Below are positions 38,236 through 40,000 of a DNA stretch of 40,000 nucleotides, in pieces. The stretch comes from Lysinibacillus capsici (GTDB lineage Bacteria; Bacillota; Bacilli; Bacillales_A; Planococcaceae): the NCBI RefSeq assembly GCF_003367505.1, contig NZ_PXXX01000022.1, positions 17,625 through 57,624 of the forward strand, written 5' to 3'. The first letter of the stretch is position 1. Every line of letters starts with the position of its first letter. A program made the translations under genes and the position numbers. The notes beneath the pieces were generated by a model, which did not search any database, had not been told where the DNA came from, and saw only the letters and a list, made by a program, of their open reading frames with translations.

Positions 38236-38759
38236 TAAAACCTAGGACTCATCATACATCACGTAGAGCATGGGATGTTGCAGTAGCGCCACCAAGAAAT
38301 TTATATGATATTTCAACTTTATCAAAGGTAGGGGCAATTGCTAAAAAGTTAGGTATTACATGGGGAGGATATTGGCAAGCAGGACAGAATGATGCTCCAC
38401 ACTTCGAAATTCCTACTACTTGGAAAATGTCTGCTGGATATAAACTCGAAGGTCAAGTTATAGTACCGATAAGTAGTTCTGTAAGAGTGCAACTTATTGT
38501 AGAGGATAAACCACAACAAACTGAAGAGGATGATGACATTATGAAATTCACTAGCACAACTACAAAAGCTGCAGTACGTGACTATATTCAACAAGCAGTC
38601 TCTAAAGGGTTAATTGATAAATCTTGGTTGGAGAAATTCGATAATGGCACAATAACAAGTGGTGATTTTGAAGGATTGAAATTCTCATTGCACAACGTAG
38701 CGCTTAACAGAAAAGAGCCCAGATACTCAATTATTTTTGAGGCCTGGGCTTACTTTTAG
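38236..38759 (+). pseudogene. 5'-truncated and 3'-frameshifted copy of the M15 endolysin
   Basis: Reading frame THHTSRRAWDVAVAPPRNLYDISTLSKVGAIAKKLGITWGG...HFEIPTTWKMSAGYKLEGQVIVPISSS...DYIQQAVSKGLIDKSWLEKFDNG parallels 36899-37567; catalytic N-terminus is missing. Confidence 0.83.
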
Positions 38760-39127
38760 TTGAAGTTTATAGCTAAAATTATATCGATTAATATAGGGAT
38801 AATGCTTGAAAAAGATAAAAGTCCTTTTTTTATTAAAGGTCTCTTTTCATTACTTTCCGAGGAAGATAAGTAATTATTAACCTGAATGTTAATTGTTATT
38901 TGTTCTTTTCTGTGATTAATTTTATTTGTCATATTTAATATCAACCTTTCTAAAATTTAATTAGGTGTGGGCCTATATATAATTTTAAAGAAGATTTTTT
39001 TTATAAAAAAATACAAGAAAAGAACCTTTGGGGATGATCTTGTTAATTTTTAATCTGATTTACTTGTTATTTAGTTTTAAACTTAAAATATTATTTATGA
39101 GAACATTGAAAATAAGTATTTTAGTAC

Positions 39128-39164
39128 GTTTCATGAAACAAAATTTTTTTATGTTTCATGAAAC
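39128..39164. repeat. Two copies of GTTTCATGAAAC palindrome
   Basis: Copies at 39128-39139 and 39153-39164, 25 bp apart. Confidence 0.8.
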
Positions 39165-39379
39165 ATTTTTTTTATTATCTAGTGATTTAATTGTGCCACA
39201 GCTAGCAACGATTAAGTGACTACCTATGCAAACATGGCATTGAAACCGCAGGTGGAAAAATTGTTAAATCAACATTTAAACAAAGAACTACAAACTTAAT
39301 TACCACTCATTCCTTGATTTACATGTATTTTTGTTCTGACAAGGATAGTATCGTCAGTTATGTTTAACCATGCCATTCC

Positions 39380-40000
39380 TTATTCACGCCAGTTTAAATC
39401 TATGAAGCTACTGATGGCATCTTTAATTCTGTTAACAGGCGAACCTACCTCATCCACTACATGAGCCAATAGGGAGGCCCAGGAGTGATGCGATTCACCA
39501 TTTCTATTTACATACCTTAAGATCTCTTTAAACTCTCTCAATTGCGATTCAGATAATTCCTGTTGTAAAAATTCTTTTATATAAGAATTTACAAAGCGTG
39601 CCTGGCTCATACTGATTTCTAATAGAATTGCAGTTGCTCTTGATACTGTACAATCTAGTGAAAATGCTAATAAAGCTATTGCAGAATACTCACTTTGAGA
39701 AAACCTAATAGTTACCCTTTCACCTGGAACATTGATTCGTTTACTAATAGTTTTGTTAGTAACATGGCCTCGAAACATAGTGTTGTCGAATAGTAAATCT
39801 CGCTTGAAAAATTGGGACAAGTGTTCAATCGTTTTCCGATCTTTAATAACAAACATACATAGTGATGGGCAAACATCTTTGACTGGGGTGTAGGTAATGT
39901 TCGATAAACGATAAATTGCATCTTTTAAATCCAATTTTAGAGTGGGCTTTACATCACGTTTTTTATCTGAGCGTTGACCTCTTACTCCCTTTTTTTCCAC
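39380..40000 (-). CDS. Hypothetical protein, possibly truncated by the window edge
   Basis: 206 aa reverse-strand ORF; start is the last base triplet of the window so it may extend beyond. Confidence 0.65.
   Translation of the reverse strand: MEKKGVRGQRSDKKRDVKPTLKLDLKDAIYRLSNITYTPVKDVCPSLCMFVIKDRKTIEHLSQFFKRDLLFDNTMFRGHVTNKTISKRINVPGERVTIRFSQSEYSAIALLAFSLDCTVSRATAILLEISMSQARFVNSYIKEFLQQELSESQLREFKEILRYVNRNGESHHSWASLLAHVVDEVGSPVNRIKDAISSFIDLNWRE

Noticed and set aside
38756-38944. 62-aa reverse ORF and other AT-rich ORFs (38349, 39028)
   Set aside because: Low-complexity AT-rich sequence with no RBS or recognisable domain; 38349-38594 is antisense to the lysin remnant.
1-40000. Integrase, repressor, tRNA, rRNA or transposase genes
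   Set aside because: None could be recognised in the supplied ORFs or by inspection, so lysogeny is only inferred from relatives and the cargo-like genes.

Overview
This window looks like a segment of a temperate or PBSX-like myovirus/prophage of a Bacillaceae-type (Bacillus/Lysinibacillus-like) host. That assignment is by inspection of proteins; no database was searched. Left arm: nucleotide metabolism genes (NrdI/NrdE/NrdF, PhoH-like, dimeric dUTPase-like, ThyX, a 3D-domain protein, a DUF1599-like protein, a C5 cytosine methyltransferase). Next comes a regulatory/replication-like region with an unusual repeat array, then an almost complete structural module: terminase, portal, MuF-type minor head protein, scaffold, capsid, connectors, contractile sheath, tube, tail assembly chaperone, tape measure, XkdP-to-XkdX-like baseplate genes, fibre, holin and lysin. 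Main observations: (1) the tape measure gene is split into three exons by two ORF-less self-splicing-intron-like sequences, and removing them restores an 849-aa reading frame with a U.G pair at each 5' splice site and a terminal G on each intron; (2) the MuF minor head protein carries an EndoU-nuclease-like C-terminal toxin domain, followed directly by a small acidic candidate immunity gene; (3) a canonical A AAA AAC slippery heptamer sits directly before the stop of the tail assembly chaperone; (4) a phased array of ACAGTA-N5-TACTGT palindromes, an AT-rich triple repeat and a perfect 13-bp hairpin lie downstream of a winged-helix protein gene, resembling a replication origin or centromere; (5) the portal gene appears to start at ATC; (6) terminator-like hairpins follow many structural genes; (7) a decayed second copy of the lysin follows a reverse-strand cargo gene.
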